In this document: positions 28,704 to 38,289 of the stretch, piece by piece
Layout of the letters: every line of letters begins with the position of its first letter
Numbering within the stretch: the first letter of the stretch is position 1
IMG/VR virus record: IMGVR_UViG_3300032093_000041
Coordinates: 41,679 to 105,678 of that record
Source of the DNA: a virus
DNA length: 64,000 nucleotides
Direction: 5' to 3' (one strand)
Made by a program: the position numbers and the translations under genes
Notes under the pieces: model-generated
Database searches by the model: none
Seen by the model: only the letters and a program-made list of their open reading frames with translations
What the model was told of the DNA's origin: nothing

Positions 28704-29945
28704 TTACTCCGGATACCGGCCAGAAGTGGCCTTCCAATGATGCATTCCACCATTATTGTACAAGTGCAGAGCGACAGCAATGTTGCATTCAGGCTTGAGG
28801 AGAACTGTCATATCTCCTCGTTTTGACTTGCAGACCTGCGCCGTTACCGTTACCCATGAGCTATTAATTTGCAATAGACCACTGTCGTACGACTTCACGG
28901 CCTTGCATTTTTTGTATTGAACTGCAGGGGCAAGATTGCAGTCCTTATGGCTCATCCCTTTTCTGTAGTTCCAGCCAATGGCTTTGGAAATACAGCGCGA
29001 CTCTCGCCACATGATGTAAGAAAAATCCTTAACAGGCAATTTGTATTGCTTGAGCATTTTCTCCCACTTCGGGCAACGTTTTTCTGGAGCAGTTTTATTG
29101 CTGCTAACACTTTGTGCTGTAACCCCACCGGACAAGTAAGGAATTGTGTCGTACGTCTGGATATTGTGTTTTTTAATGTATTTACGATGCGCTTGACGAG
29201 TCTTTGGCCCGTACCAGCTGTCCACCTTTAGTCCCAAAAAGACCTGCAAGTCGTGAACCGCTTTACTCTTTTCGTTCATCGTAAACTTAAAGTGCACAAC
29301 ATCTTTGTAGTTTTCGTAGTAGTACATCTTTGGCTTGTCCATGCGGTATTTACCGCTTGACTTGGACTTATAGCAACCCCAGCCGCCGAGACCAACTGGG
29401 TTTTGGTCCCACAGGTACTGAGCTGGGACACCTTGGCGTCGCGCCCAATCTGGGTCACGCTGAACCAACTGCTGGTAGCCCTCAACGGCAATACGGTTAG
29501 CGACAATTATCTGCTCTTCTCGCGTTGCCTTGTCTGGGGTGGGGGCAAATTGCTCTCCACCAAAACGCTCCCATGTCCCCATTTCTCGCTTGGGGAATTT
29601 GCTGTTGTTCATGATTCCGAGACCACCAGCCCATCGACCGCCATTTTGCCAATTCTGCGCTGTTTCGCACTGGGCTAGCTTGTCCCAAAATTCATCTGTT
29701 GGGTATGCGTGCTTGCGTTCTGTGGACGATTTTCGAAGGTCAAAATTTGAAGAACTAGTGGGGGTCTCCCATGCACGCGAATCAAGTGCTGACCGGCTAA
29801 CCACCCCCTCTCCTAAAGAAGGGCTGGCGGACAGCTTTGCCGGTGCTGTCCCAATAACAACAATACTTAACAGGAGGATAGCGAATACACGCTTTGCTTT
29901 ATCCAATGTTCGTTCCTTTGTTCGGCGAATATGACTCCGGCGCAC
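28704..29945 (-). CDS. Secreted cell-wall hydrolase: Rpf-like transglycosylase + peptidoglycan-binding + SLT/lysozyme-like domain
   Basis: Signal-like N-terminus; WDKLAQCET..GGLG..EQIIVANRI (Rpf); LQVFLGLKVDSWYGPKT (PG-binding); IMWRESRC..DSGLLQIN..NIAVA (SLT). Confidence 0.85.
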   Translation of the reverse strand: MRRSHIRRTKERTLDKAKRVFAILLLSIVVIGTAPAKLSASPSLGEGVVSRSALDSRAWETPTSSSNFDLRKSSTERKHAYPTDEFWDKLAQCETAQNWQNGGRWAGGLGIMNNSKFPKREMGTWERFGGEQFAPTPDKATREEQIIVANRIAVEGYQQLVQRDPDWARRQGVPAQYLWDQNPVGLGGWGCYKSKSSGKYRMDKPKMYYYENYKDVVHFKFTMNEKSKAVHDLQVFLGLKVDSWYGPKTRQAHRKYIKKHNIQTYDTIPYLSGGVTAQSVSSNKTAPEKRCPKWEKMLKQYKLPVKDFSYIMWRESRCISKAIGWNYRKGMSHKDCNLAPAVQYKKCKAVKSYDSGLLQINSSWVTVTAQVCKSKRGDMTVLLKPECNIAVALHLYNNGGMHHWKATSGRYPE

Positions 29946-30095
29946 CGGGCTAGTTAATACTTATCTATCTATTATACCCCAAGGGCAGAATTTGTTGCAC
30001 CTTATTTAGGTAACAGTTAACAATATTCCGCCCTGAAGTCCTTGTTATATATGGAAAAACCGGCTGTGACCAAAGTCACAGCCGGTATCCGAGGC

Positions 30096-30578
30096 TCAGA
30101 ACGGTTCTTCGTCGGCCAAATCTTCGCGGCGCGCAGCTGGACGAGCTGGCTTTTTAGCCGCTGTTTGTGGTGCCTTGCGTGATGCTGTCGCAACAGAGTC
30201 GTCTGCAATTCCAGCAGAGTTTCCACCACGACGGCGCTCAACGCTTTCGATTGCCATGGAGTGGATTCCGATGTTGTCAGCAGTGATAATCACCTTGGAG
30301 CGCTTTTCTCCGCTGTCCTTGTCTTCCCAGGACTGCTGCTCGAGCTTGCCAACGACAACAATGCGAATTCCTTTTTCGACAACGCGTGCAATGTCTTCCG
30401 CTGTGTAGCGCCAGCCTTCTACTGTGAAGTACGAGACTTGCTCCTTCTTCTCTCCACTCTCATCATTCCAGTAACGGTTGACGGCAAGACCAAATGTGGC
30501 TTTTGCTGTTCCGTTCTGGAAATACTTAAGTTCTGGGTCGCCAGTGGCGTTCCCAATCAATGTGACCTGAGTAGTCAT
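30096..30578 (-). CDS. ssb: Single-stranded DNA-binding protein
   Basis: VTLIGNATGDPELKY..VVGKLEQQSWE..; acidic DEEPF tail. Confidence 0.95.
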   Translation of the reverse strand: MTTQVTLIGNATGDPELKYFQNGTAKATFGLAVNRYWNDESGEKKEQVSYFTVEGWRYTAEDIARVVEKGIRIVVVGKLEQQSWEDKDSGEKRSKVIITADNIGIHSMAIESVERRRGGNSAGIADDSVATASRKAPQTAAKKPARPAARREDLADEEPF

Positions 30579-30648
30579 TTTTTTTCTCCTCATGTTGTGG
30601 CCGTAGCCGATGTGGAACTAACTATAGCGCCAGTGATAGAGTGTTGCA

Positions 30649-30894
30649 ATGTCAAACGACCAGAAATTTTCCCAGGCCATTTCGGCCATCCAAAACCATA
30701 TAAAAGAAGAGTTTCTAGACATGACGGACCCTGGAGACTTGTCCGACAAGGACCTTATTGAACTAGACAACTCTATGGGCGAGCTGGCCAGAGCGGTTAT
30801 CCATATCCTCGGCTTAGAGTTGATAGAAATTAAATCCGAGTCTAAGTTCGTCGTAGCTTTGTCTTTGCAGACAACTGAAAATATGGAATTATGA
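30649..30894 (+). CDS. Hypothetical protein
   Basis: Divergent from ssb, coupled to the ParB-like gene. Confidence 0.6.
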   Translation: MSNDQKFSQAISAIQNHIKEEFLDMTDPGDLSDKDLIELDNSMGELARAVIHILGLELIEIKSESKFVVALSLQTTENMEL

Positions 30895-31643
30895 TTCACG
30901 AAAGTCTTTCTAGCCTTGCTCTCCCAATAGAGTCGTTGCTACCTCTCGAAGGAAACCCCAGACGAGGCAACGTTGATGCGATAGCTGCCTCATACAATGA
31001 GTTTGGCCAGGTAAAGCCAATTGTCGTGAAAGATAACGATGATGGTACTTATACCGTTCTTGCTGGGAACCATCAACTACAGGCGGCCAAGTCTCTTGGG
31101 TGGACTGAAATGGCGGCAATAGTTCTTGATGCCGACGACAAAGCGGCAATAGCGTTTGCCATTGCAGACAACCGAACTGTTGAATTAGGACACACGGATG
31201 AAACGGCGTTATTCGAAATGCTGTCTAGCGTGTCAGATGACTATTCATATCTTTTTGAACAGTTGCAGTGGGATGATTTTGAAATAGCCGCCCTGTCAGA
31301 GCATGCAGAAAAATATGACGAAGACTACGTTCAGGGGTATGTTGCTCCAGAGATAGTTAGACCGATAGAAGCCGTCGCAGCACTTGACCCAAGTACTGGA
31401 GAGAAGAGGCTTGAGGCAAGGCCGGACATTGACACTGGCGTTGCTGTGTCGCAAGGAAGTACGGCTATTACATCCGGCGGAACAGAAAAAGCAGTAGTTC
31501 AATACACTTTGGTGTTTGATTCTGCTGCACAGCAACGTAGATGGTATGACTTTATTCGTTATCTAAAGTCTTCTGCCGTATATGGCGGCGACACAACAGC
31601 AGAACGTTTATTCGAATTTATAGAAGCTCACTCCGACTTCTAA
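30891..31643 (+). CDS. ParB/Srx-like N-terminal domain protein
   Basis: NPR..IAASYNEFGQVKPIVV..VLAGNHQLQAA..IADNR. Confidence 0.85.
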   Translation: MIHESLSSLALPIESLLPLEGNPRRGNVDAIAASYNEFGQVKPIVVKDNDDGTYTVLAGNHQLQAAKSLGWTEMAAIVLDADDKAAIAFAIADNRTVELGHTDETALFEMLSSVSDDYSYLFEQLQWDDFEIAALSEHAEKYDEDYVQGYVAPEIVRPIEAVAALDPSTGEKRLEARPDIDTGVAVSQGSTAITSGGTEKAVVQYTLVFDSAAQQRRWYDFIRYLKSSAVYGGDTTAERLFEFIEAHSDF

Positions 31644-31740
31644 TTATTCCCACATATCATTGTGGTCACGCTCTAAGCGCGCGATGCCGTACTTAGCAGC
31701 AACAAACAATGCAATGCAAGCTGCAAACAACTGAAAAGTT

Positions 31741-31956
31741 TTAGTCTTTATAAGATTCACGGTCCCTGCAGTTTAGCTCTTCGAGCTTGTCTCTCATGAC
31801 TTTCACGAGGTATTTTTCGCGCCATCTATCTCGCGACTCCGTCATTATGCGCAGCTCATTGTTCAATTTTTCGGTCTTTTTGTCTGACTTAAAGTTGGTC
31901 AGACGTCCGAGAACAAACGCGCAAAATATGCACATCGCCAATAAAACAATTTCCAT
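31741..31956 (-). CDS. Small membrane-anchored protein
   Basis: Hydrophobic N-terminus plus coiled coil. Confidence 0.55.
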   Translation of the reverse strand: MEIVLLAMCIFCAFVLGRLTNFKSDKKTEKLNNELRIMTESRDRWREKYLVKVMRDKLEELNCRDRESYKD

Positions 31957-31964
31957 AACACCCC

Positions 31965-32204
31965 CTAGGTGTGACGCTGCTCCCGGAACCACTTGACCGT
32001 GTTTCGAAGATGCATAGATATCCATAAAAAGCTCATGGCTATAAATCCAGGCTTATTGAAAATTATAGAGTATGCAAGCCATGGTAGGGAGTGCACCAAC
32101 ACCAGAGCCCATCCCCACCATTTTCTGTTGCCGACATTCCACATGCCAAAAACACCAAGGAACTCCATCCCAAGAAGGACCCATGTCCATGTTGTTTCGC
32201 TCAT
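31965..32204 (-). CDS. Small multi-TM protein, PnuC-like fragment
   Basis: G.W..G.RKWWGW..W..Y pattern, three hydrophobic segments. Confidence 0.5.
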   Translation of the reverse strand: MSETTWTWVLLGMEFLGVFGMWNVGNRKWWGWALVLVHSLPWLAYSIIFNKPGFIAMSFLWISMHLRNTVKWFREQRHT

Positions 32205-32388
32205 GTCATCTCTTTCGCTTTTTGTTTCCCGCTGCAAATCCAATGAAATAACCGACGACACAGCCTATAAATAGACCACTGAAATACATGTAGAAATTCA
32301 TGTCACCAGCCCAGCAGGAGTACAACGTACCCTAGAATAATCGCCACAATAGCTACTGCGGCGGCAAATTTTTGTTCATTTTCCATAG

Positions 32389-32461
<73 letters not shown>

Positions 32462-32466
32462 GTCTG

Positions 32467-32769
32467 TCAGTTTATAACTGATTTTTCTTTTTCTTGCTGG
32501 CGCTTTATACGGCGCTGGACATCTATTGATACAGGAAGTCCACGCTCCCCGCGTTGCTCTTCAGTTTCTCCGCCCCATATTCCTAGTGACTGCGTCATTA
32601 CGCCGTATTCACGACACGGTTCAGAAACAGGACACTTAGCGCAAATCTCCAATGCTTGCTTTTGTAGCGCAGCACGTTTTTTCCCCACAATATTTGGAGA
32701 AGGGAAAAATAGGTGAGACTGGCCGCGACATAGCGAAAAGTCCATCCAGGTATTAGGTAGGTAGGTCAT
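32467..32769 (-). CDS. whiB: WhiB-family transcription regulator
   Basis: C..FFP..ICAKCPVSEPC..GIWGGETEEQR. Confidence 0.9.
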   Translation of the reverse strand: MTYLPNTWMDFSLCRGQSHLFFPSPNIVGKKRAALQKQALEICAKCPVSEPCREYGVMTQSLGIWGGETEEQRGERGLPVSIDVQRRIKRQQEKEKSVIN

Positions 32770-32815
32770 AAATGTAAGGCTATACCCTTTTTTGTTTTTT
32801 GTCAACTATTTTTTG

Positions 32816-32887
32816 AGCCCTTGGTCAGGATTGAACTGACGACCTACCGCTTACAAGGCGGTTGCTCTGCCACTGAGCTACAAGGGC
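32816..32887 (-). tRNA. tRNA-Thr(TGT)
   Basis: Cloverleaf; anticodon arm ACCGC-CT TGT AA-GCGGT. Confidence 0.92.
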
Positions 32888-32890
32888 AAA

Positions 32891-33078
32891 TTAGAGGGTT
32901 TAGCTTCTTTCGTAACGGTTCCAGCCAGCTTCAAAGTAACGCTCAAACAAGGTGTTAGGTAAACCCTAACTTTCAGCACATAACCTTAATATGCCTCTAA
33001 CGTTAATCTCTGCTTTAAGTACTATCGCTCTTACTTGCCTCATTTAACCAACAGCTGTACATGCTGCAAGCCCTCTAA
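32891..33078 (-). ncRNA. Candidate structured ncRNA between two tRNAs
   Basis: No long ORF; ends pair (TTAGAGGG/CCCTCTAA); internal hairpins GCATAT/ATGTGC and GTTAGG/CCTAAC. Confidence 0.45.
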
Positions 33079-33080
33079 CG

Positions 33081-33154
33081 TCCGGACAGCAGGATTTGAA
33101 CCTACGACCCCCTGCTCCCAAAGCAGGTGCGCTACCAAGCTGCGCTATGTCCGG
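33081..33154 (-). tRNA. tRNA-Pro(TGG)
   Basis: Cloverleaf; CCTGC-TT TGG GA-GCAGG. Confidence 0.92.
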
Positions 33155-33205
33155 TTGTATGGATGTTAAAATTGTATTGTACTCATATATCGAACGAGGT
33201 CAAAC

Positions 33206-33901
33206 ATGTCCGGAATTATTGCGCCATCAATCGTCAACTATGAATGGACCGTCAGAGACAGCGACCCTTCTTTCTTGAATGTGTCTTTTCCGTTCCGAGT
33301 CAAGATTGAGAAAATCTGGTTCACTACGCAACAGAATTACGGCCCAACAGCAGGTCTATGGCAGGGCGATGGGGAAACTGTAGATGTTGAGACAACAGAA
33401 AGAAAGTTGTCTTTGGCTGTAATCAAATCAAAGAACTCCAAGACACAGCACAATGCAATTGACAACCCAACAGACCTAGTATGGGGGTTTGAGGATGTTT
33501 TCACATATTCTGGCAGCATTGACGAAGACCTGAAGCCAACAATGTGGCTTGGAAACCCAGACGACGCAGCAGGACGAATCGGTGCATTTGCCTCTTCTTC
33601 GTGGGTCGGCGGCAATGTGTCAAGCCTTCGCAGTACTGCCGTGGCACTTGTTGATAAAGGAACTGCGTTCAACAACAGTTGGGATAACGAAACTGAGTAC
33701 AACGCACGGAAATACGCCACAGATGTCGCAGTTATGAATACTGACGAGTTCCTCCAGATGTTCGTCTACGCCAATGGTGGCGACTGGACAGGATACGAAG
33801 ATGATGCAAAGGTCACAATCTCGGTTGCATACACAGGCATTCACGATACAGAAGCGGTTTCTGCTCCAGCAAAACCATGGACAGCGTGGTGGAACGACTA
33901 G
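33206..33901 (+). CDS. Hypothetical protein
   Basis: 231-aa ORF, SD GAGG. Confidence 0.75.
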   Translation: MSGIIAPSIVNYEWTVRDSDPSFLNVSFPFRVKIEKIWFTTQQNYGPTAGLWQGDGETVDVETTERKLSLAVIKSKNSKTQHNAIDNPTDLVWGFEDVFTYSGSIDEDLKPTMWLGNPDDAAGRIGAFASSSWVGGNVSSLRSTAVALVDKGTAFNNSWDNETEYNARKYATDVAVMNTDEFLQMFVYANGGDWTGYEDDAKVTISVAYTGIHDTEAVSAPAKPWTAWWND

Positions 33902-33910
33902 TCTTGCCGT

Positions 33911-34564
33911 ATGGCAAAATTCCCATCAACATACGCATTAGATACTGGTGAAAAACTTAGCGACCGCTTCTTTGACATCCGCTGGTTGTCGTCTGGAATG
34001 GATGCACAGCCTAAACGTTGGTATACATCTGACGAAGAACTGCCAAGTAATGACCCAACAGAATGGGGTCGCGGAGAAGTCGACGCTGAAGGTCGTCTGG
34101 TAGTTAAGTACTACCGTGAAGAAGTTTTTGGACCAGAAGACGAAGTAGTAAAAATGTGGTTTGTGCTTCTTGATGGGAGACACATTCAGCCTGCCCACTT
34201 GATTCTTCTTGGATTCGCAGACGACAGATACCCCTGGGGGACCGTATTAGACGGCCCAGAGGCGTCTCAAGTTCTTGAAAAAGAGTACATGTCCTCATGG
34301 GCAGGCATGATTAACTGGCGTGCCGGTGACCCGATGATTCAACAGATTACTACCGCACCAAAATGGCGACGCAAGAGGATTTCTGTCATGATGTTTGGCG
34401 TGTGCGATGTTGTGAACGCCTGCTACGGATTTAGCCCTGGCAAAGTAATACACGGTGGAGCAATAACCACTGCAGACGGCGAAAGGTTACGCAACATATA
34501 CCCTGGCGGCAGCTCCAGAATAGATACACGAATCGGTTCTGTAGAAAACAACCCTTACGAATAG
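33911..34564 (+). CDS. Hypothetical protein with a GNAT-like C-terminus
   Basis: TTAPKWRRKRISVMM..TADG acetyl-CoA-loop-like motif. Confidence 0.55.
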   Translation: MAKFPSTYALDTGEKLSDRFFDIRWLSSGMDAQPKRWYTSDEELPSNDPTEWGRGEVDAEGRLVVKYYREEVFGPEDEVVKMWFVLLDGRHIQPAHLILLGFADDRYPWGTVLDGPEASQVLEKEYMSSWAGMINWRAGDPMIQQITTAPKWRRKRISVMMFGVCDVVNACYGFSPGKVIHGGAITTADGERLRNIYPGGSSRIDTRIGSVENNPYE

Positions 34565-34800
34565 CTGCGCGTAAGCTCCCACCAATCGCATAGAGAATCA
34601 AAGTTCAAACACTCTGGTTCCGAACATTGCAAAGCGTGATGCAGTGCTGTATGTAATTCATCACCGAGTTTCACCTGTTCTTCTATGGCGTCGGCGGCCT
34701 CCAACAAAAGACCAGATATATGACCAATTGGCGAATCAACGTCTTTGGATAAATTTAACCCTTCATTACGAAGGCATTGAATAAGCGTTTCTAATTGCAT
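34555..34800 (-). CDS. Hypothetical protein
   Basis: SD AAGGA; LLLEAADAIE motif common in small phage proteins. Confidence 0.6.
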   Translation of the reverse strand: MQLETLIQCLRNEGLNLSKDVDSPIGHISGLLLEAADAIEEQVKLGDELHTALHHALQCSEPECLNFDSLCDWWELTRSYS

Positions 34801-34818
34801 ACTTTCCTTTTGCTGTAT

Positions 34819-34893
34819 TGGTTGGGGAGCGAGGACTCGAACCCCGAACTTCAGGACCAAAACCTGGCGTGTTGCCAATTACACCATTCCCCA
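34819..34893 (-). tRNA. tRNA-Gln(TTG)
   Basis: Cloverleaf with encoded CCA. Confidence 0.92.
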
Positions 34894-34894
34894 T

Positions 34895-34970
34895 TGGCGC
34901 TTCCGGCAGGACTCGAACCTGCGGCCGACGGTTTAGGAAACCGGCGCTCTATCCGCTGAGCTACGGAAGC
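34895..34970 (-). tRNA. tRNA-Arg(CCT)
   Basis: Cloverleaf with encoded CCA; loop TT CCT AA. Confidence 0.92.
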
Positions 34971-34971
34971 T

Positions 34972-35047
34972 TGGTGGGCGTGGTGGGATTCGAACCCACG
35001 CTTGAGGGATTTTAAGTCCCCTGCCTCTGCCGCTGGGCTACACGCCC
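34972..35047 (-). tRNA. tRNA-Leu(TAA), short variable arm
   Basis: Cloverleaf with encoded CCA; loop CT TAA AA. Confidence 0.9.
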
Positions 35048-35133
35048 AATGACTATTTAAAAGACTTGCCCATAAAAATGCCGCAGCACAAAACTGCAAC
35101 ATGCCCAATAATCATCGATATAAATTCACTCAT

Positions 35134-35739
35134 TTATTTCGTTTCCTTTTTATTCTGGGATTTACGAATCTTTGCACAATACGGCCCGATACCTGCAGCG
35201 ACACTTTGAGGATTGTCGAGAACCTTGCCGCAGTCGCAGCATATTCCTGTTCTTCTTCCAATTGCTATCAGTTCGTCGTTGTCTAGCATTCGAAATGTAC
35301 CTGTCTTGATGCACTCAAACAGTGTGGCTTTATTTGATGCAAGTTTTACATCCGACCATCCAGACATCTCTATCAAACGCTTTCTCACTGACCGTATTTG
35401 CTTGTCGTTGCTGTTGGTTACGAGAGAAATTTTGAAGATGTATTTATATTCGTCATCTATGTAAACGCCATCCTCAATTCCCTTTCCATAAGGGTCATAA
35501 TTCTGGTCAACTTTGATTCGCAATTTTTCTGCCGACATCATTTGCTTCTCAGTGAAGCCGCCATTGGTTGAGTAGTACTGGTGCAGGCTTTGAGCAAAGT
35601 CAGACCATGTCTGAAGCCCTAGCCAGAGACTCATTGAGTCATCTTTGATTAATTTGCTTGTTCCTGGACGTACATGATTAGTCATTGGACGTCGGGCCAA
35701 TTTGGGCTTAACCCATCTGTTGTTTTGGTCGTAGGGCAT
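35134..35739 (-). CDS. Protein with a C-terminal DUF6011-like zinc motif
   Basis: GICCDCGKVLDNPQSVAAGIGPYCA. Confidence 0.75.
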   Translation of the reverse strand: MPYDQNNRWVKPKLARRPMTNHVRPGTSKLIKDDSMSLWLGLQTWSDFAQSLHQYYSTNGGFTEKQMMSAEKLRIKVDQNYDPYGKGIEDGVYIDDEYKYIFKISLVTNSNDKQIRSVRKRLIEMSGWSDVKLASNKATLFECIKTGTFRMLDNDELIAIGRRTGICCDCGKVLDNPQSVAAGIGPYCAKIRKSQNKKETK

Positions 35740-35747
35740 GTTTTCCT

Positions 35748-36062
35748 TCAGTTTGCGGATGCTTTCTCATCACCCTGCGCAATGAGAAATTTTTTTGGTG
35801 GTATTGGAAGTCCGCCGGCGTTCATTCTCAACCAAGTCTTTTCATCGACAATGTTGTACGTCCACGCATCTTGCGTATATCCGAGATTTGCAGGGTGAGG
35901 TCGTCTATCTACTAGCGACTTTAATATTGCTCGCTGTCCGGTTCCTTCTACCGTAACGAACCATCTGTTTGATGGGTCTGATGTGTGCCAGATGACGTAA
36001 ACGACATCGAAGTCATCCCCGCCAACATGTATTTCTCCCAGCGTCCCTTTGTTGTTTGGCAT
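35748..36062 (-). CDS. Hypothetical protein
   Basis: ORF in - strand operon, SD GAAGGG. Confidence 0.6.
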   Translation of the reverse strand: MPNNKGTLGEIHVGGDDFDVVYVIWHTSDPSNRWFVTVEGTGQRAILKSLVDRRPHPANLGYTQDAWTYNIVDEKTWLRMNAGGLPIPPKKFLIAQGDEKASAN

Positions 36063-36078
36063 AAGTTTCCCTTCTGTG

Positions 36079-36151
36079 TGCCCCTGATGGGAATTGAACC
36101 CACGGCCAACATCTTATAAGGATGCTGCTCTAACCACTGAGCTACAAGGGC
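36079..36151 (-). tRNA. tRNA-Ile(TAT)
   Basis: Cloverleaf; GCATC-CT TAT AA-GATGT. Confidence 0.9.
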
Positions 36152-36201
36152 CTGCATTTAGGCCTGTATTCGTATGGTCAGAGACAGCATCGCTACAAGT
36201 C

Positions 36202-36447
36202 TTAGTTGTCTTCGGACTGAATGTTGGCGAGCTCGCGCTGGTAAAGCTCAGAGAACTCATCGCGGTAGTTGTGCTGCAGTACCATCGCTGCACGGCGACG
36301 TGCTTCCTGACGTTGGCGGTTTGCGAGATTCTCGCGCTCCTTGCGGTCGGCAATTTCCTTAGCGGAAAGCTGGGTCTTTTTGCGGCCGCGCTTTACCTCA
36401 CCTGATTGCTTGAGCTCCGAGTATGAACGTGGTTTCTTTTTTGTCAT
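36202..36447 (-). CDS. Small basic hypothetical protein
   Basis: Strong SD AAGGAGG. Confidence 0.7.
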   Translation of the reverse strand: MTKKKPRSYSELKQSGEVKRGRKKTQLSAKEIADRKERENLANRQRQEARRRAAMVLQHNYRDEFSELYQRELANIQSEDN

Positions 36448-36560
36448 TGGAATTCCTCCTTCGTAGATTCAAATATTAGCCTCTTGAAATACCTGTCGCA
36501 ACCTATCCCACCATTTTTTTATTAGTTGTGTTTTCTGGGATTTCCTGGTAGTAAGTAGGC

Positions 36561-37010
36561 ATGACTGGATACTTCCCTAAATACGACATACCCGCTCCGG
36601 ATTTTTTAAAAGACCTCGAGTTTGGTGAGCAGGGCGAAGAGATTATCAATAAATTTATCCAGGACATTGCGTCCGGTCATATAGAAGTTAAGACCGACCG
36701 ATACCGCAACGGGAAAATGGTTATCGAGACTCAACAGTGGCCTGGACGCCGCTGCGATGCTGAAGGAAATGAACTCTGGGTACTGAGCGGCATCAACGTC
36801 ACAACAGCAAAATGGTGGGTGTACCAATATCATTTTGACGGCGCATTCGTAGTTGTTGCAACTGACAGAATAAAGCGCTATCTTCGCAAGAACTTATCGA
36901 CCATGGAGAAAACGGTCTTCGCCGCCAGCTCTGACAATCCCGCTAAAGGGTATTTGTTATCTCCGGCGCAGGTGTCGGAACTCATGCTTTCAGATAAGTA
37001 CGACCTCTAG
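36561..37010 (+). CDS. Putative PD-(D/E)XK-fold phage protein
   Basis: DLEFGEQGE..IEVKTD..SGINVTTAKWW. Confidence 0.6.
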   Translation: MTGYFPKYDIPAPDFLKDLEFGEQGEEIINKFIQDIASGHIEVKTDRYRNGKMVIETQQWPGRRCDAEGNELWVLSGINVTTAKWWVYQYHFDGAFVVVATDRIKRYLRKNLSTMEKTVFAASSDNPAKGYLLSPAQVSELMLSDKYDL

Positions 37011-37097
37011 CAATAGAGCCTAGTTTCGGCTAGGGCGCACATACTGGAGGGCGCGGCAACTCCTTTATCTGCGAGTTTCAGCACCGCGTATGGAACG

Positions 37098-37133
37098 GCC
37101 TAGGGGGTAATATCCTCCTAGGCTTTTCTGTTT
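37098..37133 (+). terminator. Intrinsic terminator / possible attenuator
   Basis: GCCTAGGGGG/CCTCCTAGGC stem followed by TTTTCTGTTT. Confidence 0.65.
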
Positions 37134-37143
37134 AAGGAGAACA

Positions 37144-37404
37144 ATGTCAATTGACGACCAACTAGCAAAACACCTTGGAATAAGAAAAACGGACATAGAC
37201 ACAAAGCGTCTTGCTGACCTAATTATCAGTGAATTTATATTCCACGAAGAAATGGCCGAGTTGACAATGAACAAAATGGCCACAGGGAAAGACCAGACAT
37301 CAGAATTCGCAGCAGCATTCGATGTTTATAACAATATGGCATACATGCTTCGTGATATCTTAATGAAATCAGCAGATACGCAGGAGGACAATGCCAATAC
37401 GTGA
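37144..37404 (+). CDS. Hypothetical protein
   Basis: SD TAAGGAG. Confidence 0.7.
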   Translation: MSIDDQLAKHLGIRKTDIDTKRLADLIISEFIFHEEMAELTMNKMATGKDQTSEFAAAFDVYNNMAYMLRDILMKSADTQEDNANT

Positions 37405-37545
37405 CCCGGACAAGCGCAGAGAATACGAGCGCGAAAGAAAGCAAAAGCGCCGGCTCGAAAAGATAATGAGCCTCCCGGAAACAGAGCAAATTCTCGCGTT
37501 AGGCAGAAACGAACAGCGTCGCAGCTACTCGATGCGGTGGAGCCG

Positions 37546-37743
37546 TCAGTCGTCTAACGAGCCGTCCTGATACGAGTCATATATAGCCTGAGCGCGTTCT
37601 TCTTCAGTCATGTTTAAGGCTGATTGAGTAGGTCCCCATAGCCATTGGCCGTCTTCACGAACGCCAACAACTTCTATAAGGCCTAATTTACGCAAAGCTT
37701 CCATGTCTTTGTGTAGGTCTTCCTTGGTGTAATCATCACTCAT
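37546..37743 (-). CDS. Small hypothetical protein (winged-helix-like fragment)
   Basis: LRKLGLIEVVGVREDGQWLW; similar to 51917-52087. Confidence 0.6.
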   Translation of the reverse strand: MSDDYTKEDLHKDMEALRKLGLIEVVGVREDGQWLWGPTQSALNMTEEERAQAIYDSYQDGSLDD

Positions 37744-37809
37744 CTGTATTTCCTTCTTCTTCCAGCAGTGTATAGATAAATTTATCCAGCACCACAGCGA
37801 CGCTTTAAT

Positions 37810-38115
37810 TTATTCATGAACAAACTCCCCGTCTGCCAGACGTTGCTGTATCTCTACCGCTGATTTGTAGCTGTGGCAATCTGCGCAGTCGTCGTCATGA
37901 CCATCCGGAGGTGGACCAATAGACAAATAAGACTCCATCTCGCGCTTCATGTACGGCAGCAACTCTTCCACCTGCGCACGAAGGGTCTGTATGCATTCAG
38001 CAGCCTCGAGCATGGTTGTTCCCGGGAAATAGTCGTTCCCGTCGTTATCGGTAAACCAGTCGTCGAACAGCTCGCCTTCTATTGCCAACTTATTTATGAT
38101 GTCGGTTACATTCAT
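37810..38115 (-). CDS. Hypothetical protein
   Basis: SD GAAGGG; MLEAAECIQTLR motif similar to the 34555 gene. Confidence 0.6.
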   Translation of the reverse strand: MNVTDIINKLAIEGELFDDWFTDNDGNDYFPGTTMLEAAECIQTLRAQVEELLPYMKREMESYLSIGPPPDGHDDDCADCHSYKSAVEIQQRLADGEFVHE

Positions 38116-38190
38116 CCCAATTCCCTTCTTGTGTTTCGATAAATTTAGCAGGAACATGCCGGTCGCACACATTTTTTATGTACCCACAAT

Positions 38191-38232
38191 GTATCCACAA
38201 AATGAGTAATGGTATCCACAAAATGAGTAATG
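38191..38232. repeat. 21-bp tandem duplication GTATCCACAAAATGAGTAATG x2
   Basis: Exact copies at 38191-38211 and 38212-38232; partial GTACCCACAA just upstream. Confidence 0.85.
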
Positions 38233-38289
38233 ACTTATCGTCCATCGGACTTCTTTTCAGCAACGGTCCAATGCTTAATGACAGAAGCT

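Noticed and set aside
34818-35108. ORFs overlapping the tRNA cluster (also 33096-33278, 36094-36405, 43082-43270)
   Set aside because: Explained by tRNA genes or opposite-strand CDSs.
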